Below are positions 1-10,507 of a stretch of DNA of 57,699 nucleotides, piece by piece. The position numbers and the translations under genes are program-made. Where the stretch lies: contig PNJE01000079.1 in assembly GCA_002877915.1 (NCBI GenBank), forward strand, positions 1 through 57,699, given 5' to 3'. Position 1 is the stretch's first letter; each line of letters starts with the position of its first letter. The DNA is from Candidatus Aminicenantes bacterium. GTDB lineage: Bacteria; Acidobacteriota; Aminicenantia; Aminicenantales; Saccharicenantaceae. The notes under the pieces were generated by a model. That model did not search any database and was not told the origin of the DNA. It was given only the letters and a program-made list of their open reading frames with translations.

Positions 1-1370
1 TCATACTGGCGTCCAAGGTGGTTGATTTTTAAATCCCAGATTTTTTTATAGTGATTAGAGGGGAAAAGATCCAGCGGCCGAATATCCACGGCTGGATAGA
101 CTCTCCGGAGTATCTCGACCCTATCTTCAGGCAAATCATACATTCGATCCGAAACCATCAGCGCCTGGCCAGTAAGCCCTTGAAGGGTAGCCCAAGCTCG
201 AGCCATGTTTAGGGTGAGGGGATAACGAACCAGCATTACATCTGGGTCACAATACCAGGCAATGTTGTGAAGGAAATAATATTTCCTGGTTGCCTCCACG
301 GCGACCATGAAGCCTTCCCAGGCGGGGACAATATCTCCTCCCGTCCTGGAACCATTCATTAATCCCATCCCCTCGAGGGGAATGCCCCAGCAGCCAAGAA
401 GATAACGATTTGGTCCAATGGTTTTTCTTATGAGCTCAATCGTCTGGCGATAAAGAGTTTCTGGGTCGCCAGGTTGGGACATCAGGTTCTTTTTCTTTTT
501 ATATTCTTCTATTACTATTGGCTGTCCGTCTATTTTGAAATATTCGTATCCCCAGTCCTGAGCTAAGCGGGTAAAAAGTTCTTGAAGATAAGTCCGGGCT
601 TCTGGCTTGGAGGGGTCAAGAAGAAACTTGCCTTCCCAGGTGGAGGAGGCTGATTTCCCGTCAGGAGTCAGCAAAAAGGCTTTGGATTTTTTGACGATTT
701 GTTCGTTGCTCTGGCCATGAGGAGCCAACCACAACCCGGGTTGCAGCCCCTGGGCCTTGATATATTTGGCCAGATAATCCAGCCCCTTGGAAAACCGATT
801 ATTAACTTTTGACCAATCTCTATTCCCACCAGCATCAGAACCCTGCCAGCCATCATCAATCTGGCAGTAAATAGCTCCATATTCTTTAAGATTCTGACCC
901 AGCCAGAGGGCGTTTTTTTCTATTTCTTCCTGGTTTATCGCCTGGTAATAATAATACCAAGAACACCAGCCTGAGGGAGGTAGAGGAAAAATTGATTTAT
1001 CTATCGGCTGGTAATATTTAATTCCTAACCTGGACTTATAATAATTTAAAATTACCTGGCCGTTTTTAAGAACCACCTTGTCTTCGTATGGATAAAAGGT
1101 TCCATCAGCCAGAGGAGTATCCACCTCTCCGAGGGTCATTACCATTAAATCTGGTTCTGAACCCTGTTGTACCCGGCAGGGAATCTGCTCTGGCAACCTG
1201 GCGGCCACTTCCTTGGCGGCCGGAGCGATTTCTTTTTTGCCCTGACAGCTTGGAGTGCTAATAATTAAAAAAATTGATAAGATAGACAGGCAAAGAAAAG
1301 CCATTTTCTTGAGTTTTTGAGGAGTTAGCTTTTGGTCTTCCTTCATTTTATCAGTCGAAAAGCGATTCAT
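1..1370 (-). CDS. Alpha-galactosidase-like glycoside hydrolase (GH36/GH27 clan D), probable lipoprotein; 3' end runs off the window
   Basis: Not in the ORF track because it is open-ended. Manual translation from ATG 1370 (GGAG upstream) gives MNRFSTDK..., a hydrophobic stretch ending TPSC, and the motifs GWCSWYYYY, QIDDGWQ and WGYEYFKIDG. Confidence 0.8.
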   Translation of the reverse strand, partial: MNRFSTDKMKEDQKLTPQKLKKMAFLCLSILSIFLIISTPSCQGKKEIAPAAKEVAARLPEQIPCRVQQGSEPDLMVMTLGEVDTPLADGTFYPYEDKVVLKNGQVILNYYKSRLGIKYYQPIDKSIFPLPPSGWCSWYYYYQAINQEEIEKNALWLGQNLKEYGAIYCQIDDGWQGSDAGGNRDWSKVNNRFSKGLDYLAKYIKAQGLQPGLWLAPHGQSNEQIVKKSKAFLLTPDGKSASSTWEGKFLLDPSKPEARTYLQELFTRLAQDWGYEYFKIDGQPIVIEEYKKKKNLMSQPGDPETLYRQTIELIRKTIGPNRYLLGCWGIPLEGMGLMNGSRTGGDIVPAWEGFMVAVEATRKYYFLHNIAWYCDPDVMLVRYPLTLNMARAWATLQGLTGQALMVSDRMYDLPEDRVEILRRVYPAVDIRPLDLFPSNHYKKIWDLKINHLGRQY

Positions 1371-1539
1371 TTTTAATCTCCACCGACAGCCATTTTTTTG
1401 AAATTATACCCTATTATGAATAAGAAAAGGAAAGAATTTTAAGGTTAATGGAATTTTATTCTGAGAACGGGGTCGGCTCAAGTCAGAGAAATTGAAAGTT
1501 AAAATAAACCAGTGGCTTTCCGGTTCTTCCAAGCTTAAA

Positions 1540-3852
1540 TTATCTGGGAACTTCGATTATTTCCAATTCCAATGAAGCCTGATAAGCCAGGGCGGGGTCG
1601 GCTTTTTCTTTAATTGACATCAACAAATTCTCCGAAGAGGAGGAAAGCCGGCCCTGGAATTCTAACTGGTTATTGATGAACACCTGAATTTCTTTATTCA
1701 AATCGACCAGGTTATCATCAAGATATAATTTTATTTTTTTTACATTTTTAGTTTTCAAGTTTACCGAGTTATCTTTAATTTCAGCTTGAACCTCAACGGG
1801 TAAATCGCTATATTCCTGTATCTTGAGCCAGTAGCACTGAGAATAAATTCCATCGGTCATTATGAAATATAGCTTTCGAGGATAAGGATTTCTCGAACTT
1901 TTATCAAAAAGATTGGTAATTAAGTTTATTATTTCTGCCGGATCAATGTTATGCTTCTTATTGGGAAATTCCTGGTAAATAACTTCCTGGCCATTTTTTT
2001 TGAGGAAATTAAAAGCCTTCCGGTCTCCTTCTGGGCTTACCTGATCATCGGCCTCGCCGTGAGAGATGAAAATATCAGTGTTAAAAAGATTTTTTAGCTT
2101 ATCCAGGTCTTCATCCAGCGAAACTTCTTTTCTATTTAGAAAAGGAAATCCCATGTTTTCTCCCAGAGCGGCGAACCGATCGGGAAAACTGGTGGCATAG
2201 AAAATTGTTCCCATTCCTCCGTTAGAACTTCCGCAAAGATAAAGGCGATCGGTGTCCAGGCTGTAATCTTTTATTATCCGGCGCCAAATTTTTTTTAAGT
2301 CTTGCTCCACTTCAGGTTCCCACCAATGGCCGAAGGCTTGAGGCACCAGGAGGATATACCTGGAAAGGTGGTCATCTTTTTTCAGGGCATAGTAAAAGGA
2401 TAGCAGCGAAAGGTCGCCCCGACCTTCCCCCATCCCTAAATAGATGATCATCGGATATACTTCGGCCGGATCGTAATCATCTGGAAGATATATATAATAG
2501 GGCCGGTTTAAATCTTCGGGTGAAGAGGAAGGATAATATTTAAAAAACCCACTGGCCAGCTGATTGGCTGGTTTTAAGAATTTTATCAGGGTCTTCAAGA
2601 CTTCTGGAGGTAGAGCTTCTAAATCAGGCTGGATGGGTTTTTGGTCCTGATAATACCAGGCTTGGAGCTCACGAAAAGTCGGAAGTAAGTTTTCCGGAAT
2701 AAAATAATCACTTTTTTCAAAAAAATTCCGGGTCCTATTTCTTAAATATGGATCGCTGTCATTCTCGAGGTCTTTTAGGGCTGATTGGATTCCTCTCCGC
2801 AAGAATAGGGCTTTCGCCAGATTGAATTTAACGACTGGGTTTTTAGTTTTTAAATATTTTTCTACGGGTAACTCATCAGGCAGATCTTTTAAGGCGCAAT
2901 AAGCTGCCCCTAAAATCTGGTGTTCAGAGCTTTTTGAGGCTAAGAGATCTTCAATCACCTTGGCCGGCACCTTCTGGGGCCAACAAGTTATAGCTGCTCG
3001 AACGAGGGCAACTTGGATTTCGGGATCCAAAAACATTTCTTCCGGCTTAAGTTTTCTTTCATCCAGAAATATTAAACTAAAATTTTCCTGCCTTATCTGG
3101 CCGGCGGCTTTATAGCGGGCACTGTATTCCAACTTATCAGGCCAACCCAATTGCTTATTTATCAGGTAAATTACCAACCCAGAAGGATGTCCCCCACTGA
3201 AATAAAAAAAGTTATAAGGAGGACGGGAAACTTCTCCAGTATAATTAACTTTAAGAATTTCTTCCTGGCCAACCTGATAACAATCCCCCGGGTGAAGAGG
3301 GGAATCGGGCAAAGAAATTATGGCCGTCATAAAATTATTGATGAATGAAAAAGACTGGGTGAAATTATAGCTGTGATTATGTATGTTTCCCTGAGGGTCG
3401 GTGATGATAACCCGGGTATATTCCTCATCGGCCAGGTCATAGGGAAGAAGTAAATTCTTGGTTTCTTCCTCACCGATTTTTTCTATCAGAGCCTTCCGTC
3501 CGAATACTTTTTTTTCTTTTAAATTAAATTGAAAGGCCAGGGTGATATTATCATTGCTTTTTTCCAGAACGGCTATCTTCACCAGCCATTCCAGGTTCAC
3601 TCTAAATTGAATTTGGGGGTCACTTTCGAGGGCAATGGCCAGATTCAGAGTTTGCAGGTAACTCAAAACCTCACCTGGCTCGAAATTATATTGAATTTTA
3701 ACGGGGGATTCTGAAGAAACCATGGCAGGAAAAAGACCAGGAACAAGAATAAAAGCGAATAAAATTATTAGAGGAACATAAGTTGAAAAAGAGAAGTAGA
3801 TTTGCTTCCGAATTTTATATATATATTTTATTTTTCCTTTTAGGAATTTCAT
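1540..3852 (-). CDS. Exported multidomain alpha/beta-hydrolase (esterase/peptidase-like) with a HEAT-like helical middle region
   Basis: N-terminal TM/signal segment; YLPDDYDP motif; nucleophile elbow GSSNGG; HGEADDQV and a downstream His consistent with a Ser-Asp-His triad. Confidence 0.65.
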   Translation of the reverse strand: MKFLKGKIKYIYKIRKQIYFSFSTYVPLIILFAFILVPGLFPAMVSSESPVKIQYNFEPGEVLSYLQTLNLAIALESDPQIQFRVNLEWLVKIAVLEKSNDNITLAFQFNLKEKKVFGRKALIEKIGEEETKNLLLPYDLADEEYTRVIITDPQGNIHNHSYNFTQSFSFINNFMTAIISLPDSPLHPGDCYQVGQEEILKVNYTGEVSRPPYNFFYFSGGHPSGLVIYLINKQLGWPDKLEYSARYKAAGQIRQENFSLIFLDERKLKPEEMFLDPEIQVALVRAAITCWPQKVPAKVIEDLLASKSSEHQILGAAYCALKDLPDELPVEKYLKTKNPVVKFNLAKALFLRRGIQSALKDLENDSDPYLRNRTRNFFEKSDYFIPENLLPTFRELQAWYYQDQKPIQPDLEALPPEVLKTLIKFLKPANQLASGFFKYYPSSSPEDLNRPYYIYLPDDYDPAEVYPMIIYLGMGEGRGDLSLLSFYYALKKDDHLSRYILLVPQAFGHWWEPEVEQDLKKIWRRIIKDYSLDTDRLYLCGSSNGGMGTIFYATSFPDRFAALGENMGFPFLNRKEVSLDEDLDKLKNLFNTDIFISHGEADDQVSPEGDRKAFNFLKKNGQEVIYQEFPNKKHNIDPAEIINLITNLFDKSSRNPYPRKLYFIMTDGIYSQCYWLKIQEYSDLPVEVQAEIKDNSVNLKTKNVKKIKLYLDDNLVDLNKEIQVFINNQLEFQGRLSSSSENLLMSIKEKADPALAYQASLELEIIEVPR

Positions 3853-4069
3853 TTCAGGCTGTCCTTGAAGAAAATATTTATATAAAAATAAACTTATTTT
3901 CTTTTTTTCATTTATTTTAGACGATAATCGAGCTGAGTTTCTTTCAGATTGTTGAATAAATAATTCTATCAGGGGAGGTGGATTTGACTTTAACCCTCAA
4001 GGTTTAATAGCATAAGTTAAAAACCATCGGTAGAGAATCATGAATCTAACCATAATCAGGAAAAGGATA

Positions 4070-6802
4070 ATGGCCGAAAAAATTTTGTTTAAGAAAGTTA
4101 AAAAATCGGGTTTTCCGTCCGGCTTTTTTTTGATGATTATAGCTTTGATTTTTTCCCTTATGTTTATCGGCTGTCAGAAGCGGAGTCCATATTCAGAATT
4201 AAGAGAAACAAAGGTCGGGGTTAATATCAGAGGCCGGATGGTGGTCCCTACCAATCAGGAGATAAATCCTTACGGTCTTCAGCTCCAGCTTCCCGGGATG
4301 AGGCCTCAAGGGCTGGCTATTTCTCCAGTTGGACGTTTAGTGGCTGTCTCCGGGAAGACCAGCGAACTGGTCATTATAGACAAGCTAAAGCCGGCCATTC
4401 TTCAGCAAGTAGCTTTTCCTTCTGAAGGGCAAAAAGAACCGCTGCCCGATATTGCTTCCAGTAATATCCTGGAACCAGATACCAAAGGGCAACTCAGTTA
4501 CAACGGGTTAATTTTCTCAGCTGATGGAGGCTTTATTTATCTTAGCAATGTTAATGGCAGTATAAAAGTCTTCCGGGTCTCAAACGAGCAGGTGGTCAAA
4601 CCTTACCGGACGATTCCTTTGCCCCAAGCCGGAGCCCCAAGACGCCAGGAAGAAATACCGGCTGGTCTGGCCTTAAGCGCGGACGGAAAAAAGCTTTATG
4701 TCTGCGGTAACCTGTCCAATCAACTTCTGGAAATCGACCTGAGCAGTGGGATGGTCACCAGAAAATTCGAGGTGGGAGTAGCTCCCTTTGAAGTGAAATT
4801 AAAAGGAAACAAGGCTTATGTCAGTAACTGGGGCGGAAGGAGACCGCATCGGGGTGACCTCGTTGGCCCAGCCGGGCGAGGCACCTTAGTGCGAGTTGAC
4901 CCGGAAAAATATGTGGCTTCTGAAGGCTCAATTTCTGTTATCGATCTTAACACCGGAAAAACTATTAAAGAGATTTTAGTCGGCTTGCATTCCTCTGCTC
5001 TTAGTTTAAGCCCGGACCAGAAATATTTAGTTTGCGCTAATGCCGCTTCTGATAATTTGAGTGTCATTGATACCGAAAAAGATGAAATTGTCGAAACTAT
5101 TTGGGTCAAGAGAAGTCCAGCCGACCTATTTGGGGCCTCACCTAATGCTCTCTGCTTTTCTCCCGATGGCAAAAAATTATTTGTGGCCAATGGCACGCAA
5201 AATGCTGTAGCCGTGGTTGATTTTTCTCCCAGAAAGAAACGTTCTAAATTGGTTGGCTTAATTCCTGTTGGCTGGTTTCCGGGGGTGCTGGCCTGGGATA
5301 ATAGCCAGAATCGGCTGTGGGTGGCTAATATCAAAGGCCTGCCTGACCGGCCAAGAAAAGATGAAAAATCCGGGTTAACTGGCTTTAATAGCCACCAGTA
5401 TTACGGTTCTCTTTCAATAATAAAATTGCCAACCAAAAATGAACTGGGAAAACTAACTCAGAAAGTTTTTGCTAACTTTCACCGGGAAAGAATAAAAGAA
5501 GCCCTGAAAAAACCAAAAGCAGCCACCAGGCCAAAACCTGTGCCAGAGAGAACAGGCGAGCCATCTTTAATTAAGCATGTGGTTTATATCATCAAGGAAA
5601 ATCGAACCTACGACCAAATCCTGGGTGATGTGCCCGAGGGAAATGGTAATCCCTCACTTTGCCTTTTTGGGGAAGAGGTAACTCCGAACCAGCACAAACT
5701 CGGACGAGAATTTGTCCTCCTGGATAATACCTATTGCAGCGGCATTTTGAGCGCCGATGGCCACCAGTGGTCGACGACCGCTTTTGGCACGGATTATTTA
5801 GAAAAATCTTTTGCCGGCTGGCCGAGGAGTTACCCGGACGGTATGGGTGAAGATGAGGTTGATGCCCTGGCCTATGCTCCCACCGGATTTATCTGGGATA
5901 ATTGCCGGAAACACGGCGTGAGTATCTGGAATTTTGGGGAATTTGCCATGCCCGATTGCAGCTGGAAAGACCCAAAGAAACCAGGTCAGCCGACCTGGAA
6001 AGATTTCTGGGAAGAATACCTTTATGGCCGGGGAGAAGTTAGAATTGGCAGCCGACCAGGAATACCATCAATTGCCAGTTTTACCCCGACGGATTATGTA
6101 GGCTGGAACCTTAATGTGCCTGATGTCTGGCGGGCCCGTTTCATAAAAGAACAAATAAAAAAATGGGAAGAAAAGGGAGAAATGCCTCAATTTGTTTTAA
6201 TCTGTCTGCCCGATGATCATACCAGCGGAACTAAACCCGGTATGCCCACTCCAAGAGCTTCGGTGGCAGATAATGACTTAGCTTTGGGCCAGATTGTCGA
6301 GGCTTTTAGCCATAGCTCATTCTGGAAAGAAATGGTCATTATGGCCATTGAAGATGACCCACAAAATGGCTTTGACCACGTCAGTGGATACCGAACAACA
6401 GCTTACTTAGCCGGACCATATGTAAAAAGAGGTGCGGTGATTCATACTCAATACAATACAACCAGCCTGCTTCGAACGATTGAGCAGATTCTTGGGATGC
6501 CGCCAATGAACCAGTTCGATGCCACGGCCATTCCCTTGTTCGATTGTTTTACTGATAAACCTGACTTCCGGCCTTTTCAGGCGGTAGCTAACCGTATTCC
6601 TTTGGATGAGCTCAATCCCGAACCAAGCCAGATTGCTGATAAGTTGTTAAGGAAACAGGCAGTTATTTCCAGCCATCTCAACTTTAAAAGAGTAGATGCC
6701 TGCCCGGAAAATATTCTCAACCGCATCCTGTGGTATTCGGTTCGCAGCTCGAGGGCCCCTTATCCTGAATGGGCGATAAGCTTTCCCGAAGATGATGATT
6801 AA
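4070..6802 (+). CDS. YVTN/YncE beta-propeller + phosphoesterase (alkaline phosphatase superfamily) lipoprotein
   Basis: Lipobox FIGC; repeated 'ISVID...ILVG' propeller blades; HVVYIIKENRTYDQ phosphoesterase motif. Start 4070 has an AAAGGA SD; 4040 is an alternative start. Confidence 0.8.
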   Translation: MAEKILFKKVKKSGFPSGFFLMIIALIFSLMFIGCQKRSPYSELRETKVGVNIRGRMVVPTNQEINPYGLQLQLPGMRPQGLAISPVGRLVAVSGKTSELVIIDKLKPAILQQVAFPSEGQKEPLPDIASSNILEPDTKGQLSYNGLIFSADGGFIYLSNVNGSIKVFRVSNEQVVKPYRTIPLPQAGAPRRQEEIPAGLALSADGKKLYVCGNLSNQLLEIDLSSGMVTRKFEVGVAPFEVKLKGNKAYVSNWGGRRPHRGDLVGPAGRGTLVRVDPEKYVASEGSISVIDLNTGKTIKEILVGLHSSALSLSPDQKYLVCANAASDNLSVIDTEKDEIVETIWVKRSPADLFGASPNALCFSPDGKKLFVANGTQNAVAVVDFSPRKKRSKLVGLIPVGWFPGVLAWDNSQNRLWVANIKGLPDRPRKDEKSGLTGFNSHQYYGSLSIIKLPTKNELGKLTQKVFANFHRERIKEALKKPKAATRPKPVPERTGEPSLIKHVVYIIKENRTYDQILGDVPEGNGNPSLCLFGEEVTPNQHKLGREFVLLDNTYCSGILSADGHQWSTTAFGTDYLEKSFAGWPRSYPDGMGEDEVDALAYAPTGFIWDNCRKHGVSIWNFGEFAMPDCSWKDPKKPGQPTWKDFWEEYLYGRGEVRIGSRPGIPSIASFTPTDYVGWNLNVPDVWRARFIKEQIKKWEEKGEMPQFVLICLPDDHTSGTKPGMPTPRASVADNDLALGQIVEAFSHSSFWKEMVIMAIEDDPQNGFDHVSGYRTTAYLAGPYVKRGAVIHTQYNTTSLLRTIEQILGMPPMNQFDATAIPLFDCFTDKPDFRPFQAVANRIPLDELNPEPSQIADKLLRKQAVISSHLNFKRVDACPENILNRILWYSVRSSRAPYPEWAISFPEDDD

Positions 6803-7015
6803 AAACGGCTAAAATAATAGCCATATGCCTCTAAGCCGGGGATAATTGTTGCTTCTTCAATCTGAGAGGAAATGATTCTTATTAATAGGAAAATAATTGA
6901 TATTGTTATAATTAGCTTTTTGAAGATATAAATAAAATTATGTTATAAGTTAAGTAACCTATTAATATCATTTAACCATAACAAAAATTTTATGGGCAAG
7001 ATGGAGGAGGGTTGA

Positions 7016-7651
7016 GTGACCAAAAGGTTTTGGTTAATTTTTGTCTCGCTTCTTCTTTTTAGCCTGGCGAGCGAGGCCCAGATTATTTCATTCGGGCTTA
7101 AGGGTGGAATTAATCTGGCCAGCTTTAAAGCCGGGCCGATTTCTCCGGAAATCCCCCAATTCAAAAATCTCTTGGGACTTTCTGGTGGCGCTTTTGTTTC
7201 TTTTTCCTTAGGTTCCTTTATTATTCAACCGGAATTTCTTTATACCCGGTGGGGATCAAAGTTTGATCAGATAATTGATGGCTATCCCTATACTTTGCAA
7301 TACAGACTGAATTATCTTGAAGGAGTTTTGCTCTTAAAATGGAGAATTATAAACCAGGGACGATTCCGGCCAATTGTTTTTGCCGGACTGTCTTATGGTC
7401 TTTTGACTAAGGCGAAACTTGTTCTATTTGATAACTCCGGTAGCTATGTTGATTCAATTGAGGTCAAGGATATGTTTAAAAAGAGCGAACTGGCAGCAAT
7501 TTTTGGAGGAGGGGTTGAGTGGAAATGGCCATCCTGGACAATTTCTCTGGAAGGCCGTTATCATTTGGGTCTATCCAATATCGCTTCCTCGGCTGGAACG
7601 GAGTTTATAAAGAATAAAGGACCGATGTTTATGCTGGCCATGGCTTTTTAA
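7016..7651 (+). CDS. Outer-membrane beta-barrel (porin/PorT-like) protein
   Basis: GGAGG SD; signal peptide (SEA|Q); FGLKGGIN, IQPEFLY and EGRYHLGL strands; C-terminal Phe. Confidence 0.75.
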   Translation: MTKRFWLIFVSLLLFSLASEAQIISFGLKGGINLASFKAGPISPEIPQFKNLLGLSGGAFVSFSLGSFIIQPEFLYTRWGSKFDQIIDGYPYTLQYRLNYLEGVLLLKWRIINQGRFRPIVFAGLSYGLLTKAKLVLFDNSGSYVDSIEVKDMFKKSELAAIFGGGVEWKWPSWTISLEGRYHLGLSNIASSAGTEFIKNKGPMFMLAMAF

Positions 7652-7936
7652 ATTGATGAAGCTTAACCATTCTAAAGCAAACGAGAATCAATCAGGCCCT
7701 GGACTTTTTATTAAACCTAAAAAATTCAGGATAGGAAATTTAACCTGAGCTGGTCTGGCTTAAAGGAAATCTTCTCCAAACAATAATCTTCGCTAATTAC
7801 TAATTAGAAGCTTAAATTGAACCACTGGCCAGGCAGAAAAAACCAGGAAATCAATTTACCTTAAATCTAAGTTCTAAGGCGAGAATAACATTTTTCCTTA
7901 GAAACTTGTTTATAAAAGCAGGTTAGAAATAGGTGA

Positions 7937-8013
7937 TGGGGTGAGTGAGGGGATTCGAACCCCCAACCACCGGATCCACAGTCCGGTGCTCTAACCCTTG
8001 AGCTACACTCACC
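7937..8013 (-). tRNA. tRNA-His (GUG)
   Basis: Reverse complement is GGTGAGTGTAGCTCAAGGGTTAGAGCACCGGACTGTGGATCCGGTGGTTGGGGGTTCGAATCCCCTCACTCACCCCA: cloverleaf, GTG anticodon, G-1 (8-bp acceptor stem) and encoded CCA. Confidence 0.97.
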
Positions 8014-8028
8014 ATCAAAGAGATTAGA

Positions 8029-8057
8029 ATTTTCTCATCAAAGGTCAGAGTTGTCAA
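8029..8057 (-). promoter_or_regulatory. Sigma70-type promoter for tRNA-His
   Basis: TTGACA-17 nt-GAAAAT on the minus strand just upstream of the tRNA. Confidence 0.55.
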
Positions 8058-8236
8058 TAAGCCAGATTATTAGATCTCCGGCCAATTTTTAGCCGCCAAT
8101 GCCTTAGGCTGCAATTAGGCCGGTGGCAAATTTTAATTCCTTAATTGAGCAATATTTTTTGACTGGAGATTAACGCTGGTCCTTTTCTGGGCAAAATCTC
8201 CTCTTAATGGAAGGTATTGCCGATTTCTTTATTCAA

Positions 8237-9226
8237 TTATTCTTTCTGCTCCTCGAGCTGATCGAGAATTTCTTCTGAATCTCGCCATTTTTCTTTTATT
8301 TTGACACTCAATTCTAAAAAGACCTGACTGTTTAACGTTTGTTCCATTTCTTTCCGGGCTTTACTACCTATGGTCTTTATCATCGAGCCCCGTCGACCAA
8401 TAATTATTCCTTTATGATTTTCTTTTTCTACTAATATATCTGCCTTTATGTGATAGAGCAGCTTTTTATCCGGGATTTTAGGCTGGCCTTTTTCCTGAGA
8501 GCCTTCCTTAGCTGTTTTTCTTTCGATTTTTTCTATCGACTGAATGACAACCGCCGTGGTATAGGGAAGCTCTTCTTCGACCTGCTCCAGAACTTTTTCT
8601 CTTATGATTTCGGACAACCAGAACTTTTCTGATTGATCGGTGATTTCTTCTTCTGAATAAAGGCGCGGGGCTTGAGGTAAATAACCGTAAATCAGATCTT
8701 CCAAAACATCCAGGTTATCACCTTTAAGAGCGGAAATAGGAATTATTTCCTTGAAAGGATAGAGATTCCGATAGAGCTCAATTAGTGGAAGCACCAGGTC
8801 TTTTCTTACCAGATCGATTTTATTAATCAGAAGAAACACCGGGGTGGAAATATTTTTTAGCATGCCCAGAACATATTCATCTCCATGCCCATATTTCAAG
8901 CTGGCATCAATTAATAAAAGAATCAAATCGGCAGTCTCCAGGGAAGAATGAACATAATTCATCATCCGGCGGTTCATCAGGTGTAGCGGCTTATGAATTC
9001 CCGGATTGTCTATGAAGATTATCTGGCCGCGATCAGTAGTTTTAATTCCCTGAATGCTTACCCTGGTAGTCTGGGGCTTGGAGGAGACGATAGCTATTTT
9101 TTGGCCGAGTAATGAATTGAGCAAGGTGGATTTGCCAACATTAGGCCGGCCGACGAGAGCTACAAAACCAGTGTGAAAATCATTTTTATTTTTCCCTTTT
9201 TCTTTTTTCCTTACAGTCTTAGCCAT
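8237..9226 (-). CDS. era: GTPase Era
   Basis: GRPNVGKST, PQTTR, NKID, and a KH domain with IIGRRG. Confidence 0.96.
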   Translation of the reverse strand: MAKTVRKKEKGKNKNDFHTGFVALVGRPNVGKSTLLNSLLGQKIAIVSSKPQTTRVSIQGIKTTDRGQIIFIDNPGIHKPLHLMNRRMMNYVHSSLETADLILLLIDASLKYGHGDEYVLGMLKNISTPVFLLINKIDLVRKDLVLPLIELYRNLYPFKEIIPISALKGDNLDVLEDLIYGYLPQAPRLYSEEEITDQSEKFWLSEIIREKVLEQVEEELPYTTAVVIQSIEKIERKTAKEGSQEKGQPKIPDKKLLYHIKADILVEKENHKGIIIGRRGSMIKTIGSKARKEMEQTLNSQVFLELSVKIKEKWRDSEEILDQLEEQKE

Positions 9227-10478
9227 TTCTTTCTTTATCCTTGGTTTCCTTGCTGCTATGAATCAATCTAACTCTTTTAACGCTTTTTTCATCAACTTCC
9301 AGGACCTCGAAGCTTAGCCCGCCAATTTCCAGCTTTTCTCCTTTTTTGGGCAGCCGTCCCAGCCGCTGATTGAGCAATCCGTTGATTGTTAGAAAATCAT
9401 CTTCCGCCAGGTCGGTTCCGAGTAGTTCTTCCAGATCTTCCACCTCAGTTTCTCCTCTGATCAGATAACTGCCAGGCTTTTCGACGATGATCTGGGGTTC
9501 TTCGATATCATATTCATCTTGAATTTCGCCGACTATTTCTTCCAGAACATCTTCCATGGTCACCAGACCGGATACGCCGCCATATTCGTCCACGGCGATA
9601 GCCATCTTTTGCTTAACCTTTTTAAATTCTTTCAGCAGATCTTTAATGGCCATGGTTTCGGGTACAAAAAGGGCTGGTCTAATTAACGGTTCTATTTTCT
9701 GCTCGCCTTGTTCCCGGTCGCTAAATTCGAGCAGGTCCTTAGCCATGACCATGCCTTCTATGTTATCCAGGCGTTCTTTATAGACTGGAAGACGGGAATA
9801 TTTTTCTCTGATAATCAGTTGCTTCAACTGGTTAATAGTGGAATCTTTTTCAATAGCTACGATTTTTGTTCTGGGGGTCATTACTTCTCTGACCAACCGG
9901 TCTCTAAATTCTACCACTCCTCGCAGCAGCTCATCTTGGTCTTTTTCAATGATTCCTTCCTCTGTGGCTTCATCGATAAAAGTTTCAATCTCTTCTTCCG
10001 AAGCCTCATGTTCCCGCCAGGCTGTTTGCTGCTGTTCCTCTTTTTTAAGGAAAAGGCGAGGCAAAATCAAAAGGGGATAAAGGCAGGCTTTTAAAATCCT
10101 CAAAGCCGGTAAGAAAAGAAGCAAGGTTTTCTCCCGGAATAGGTAGAAAATAAACCTTGGCCCGTAGTCAAAAAATAAGGCAAAAATCAAAATTAACAGC
10201 AGAAAAAGCCACAGGGGATGGGCGGAGAGACGAGGGAAAATAAGGGAAAAATATATTAAAAAGGCGACGAAGAAAATGCTTCGGCCATAATCTATGGCAA
10301 TTTTTAGTTCGTCATACTTTTCCAGGATTTCTTCTCTTAAAGATTTTTTTTCTTCTCCCAGGACCCGGGAAAAACTAACCCGGGAAAAATAGGCAAAAAT
10401 AATCTGCAGAAGAGACATCAGAAAAGTTAGCAGGAAGCTGATGGCCAAACCGGCGATTAAAATTTTGTCAGTCGTCAT
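9219..10478 (-). CDS. Hemolysin/CNNM-family CBS-CorC domain membrane protein
   Basis: N-terminal TMs; VREVMTPR, YSRLPVY, DEYGGVSGLVTMEDVLEEIVGEIQDEYD; CorC_HlyC C-terminus. Confidence 0.9.
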   Translation of the reverse strand: MTTDKILIAGLAISFLLTFLMSLLQIIFAYFSRVSFSRVLGEEKKSLREEILEKYDELKIAIDYGRSIFFVAFLIYFSLIFPRLSAHPLWLFLLLILIFALFFDYGPRFIFYLFREKTLLLFLPALRILKACLYPLLILPRLFLKKEEQQQTAWREHEASEEEIETFIDEATEEGIIEKDQDELLRGVVEFRDRLVREVMTPRTKIVAIEKDSTINQLKQLIIREKYSRLPVYKERLDNIEGMVMAKDLLEFSDREQGEQKIEPLIRPALFVPETMAIKDLLKEFKKVKQKMAIAVDEYGGVSGLVTMEDVLEEIVGEIQDEYDIEEPQIIVEKPGSYLIRGETEVEDLEELLGTDLAEDDFLTINGLLNQRLGRLPKKGEKLEIGGLSFEVLEVDEKSVKRVRLIHSSKETKDKERNG

Positions 10479-10507
10479 TTAAATCAGTTCATCCTGAGGA
10501 TTCAGAC

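Noticed and set aside
6921-6948. dif-like site TGAAGATATAA-ATAAAA-TTATGTTATAA
   Set aside because: The ATAA-N6-TTATGTTA core fits, but the XerC arm is poor and the context is an extremely AT-rich promoter region where chance matches are likely. GC-skew support could not be computed.
1-7937. Genomic island integrated at tRNA-His
   Set aside because: No integrase and no duplicated tRNA 3' end (att) are visible within the window.
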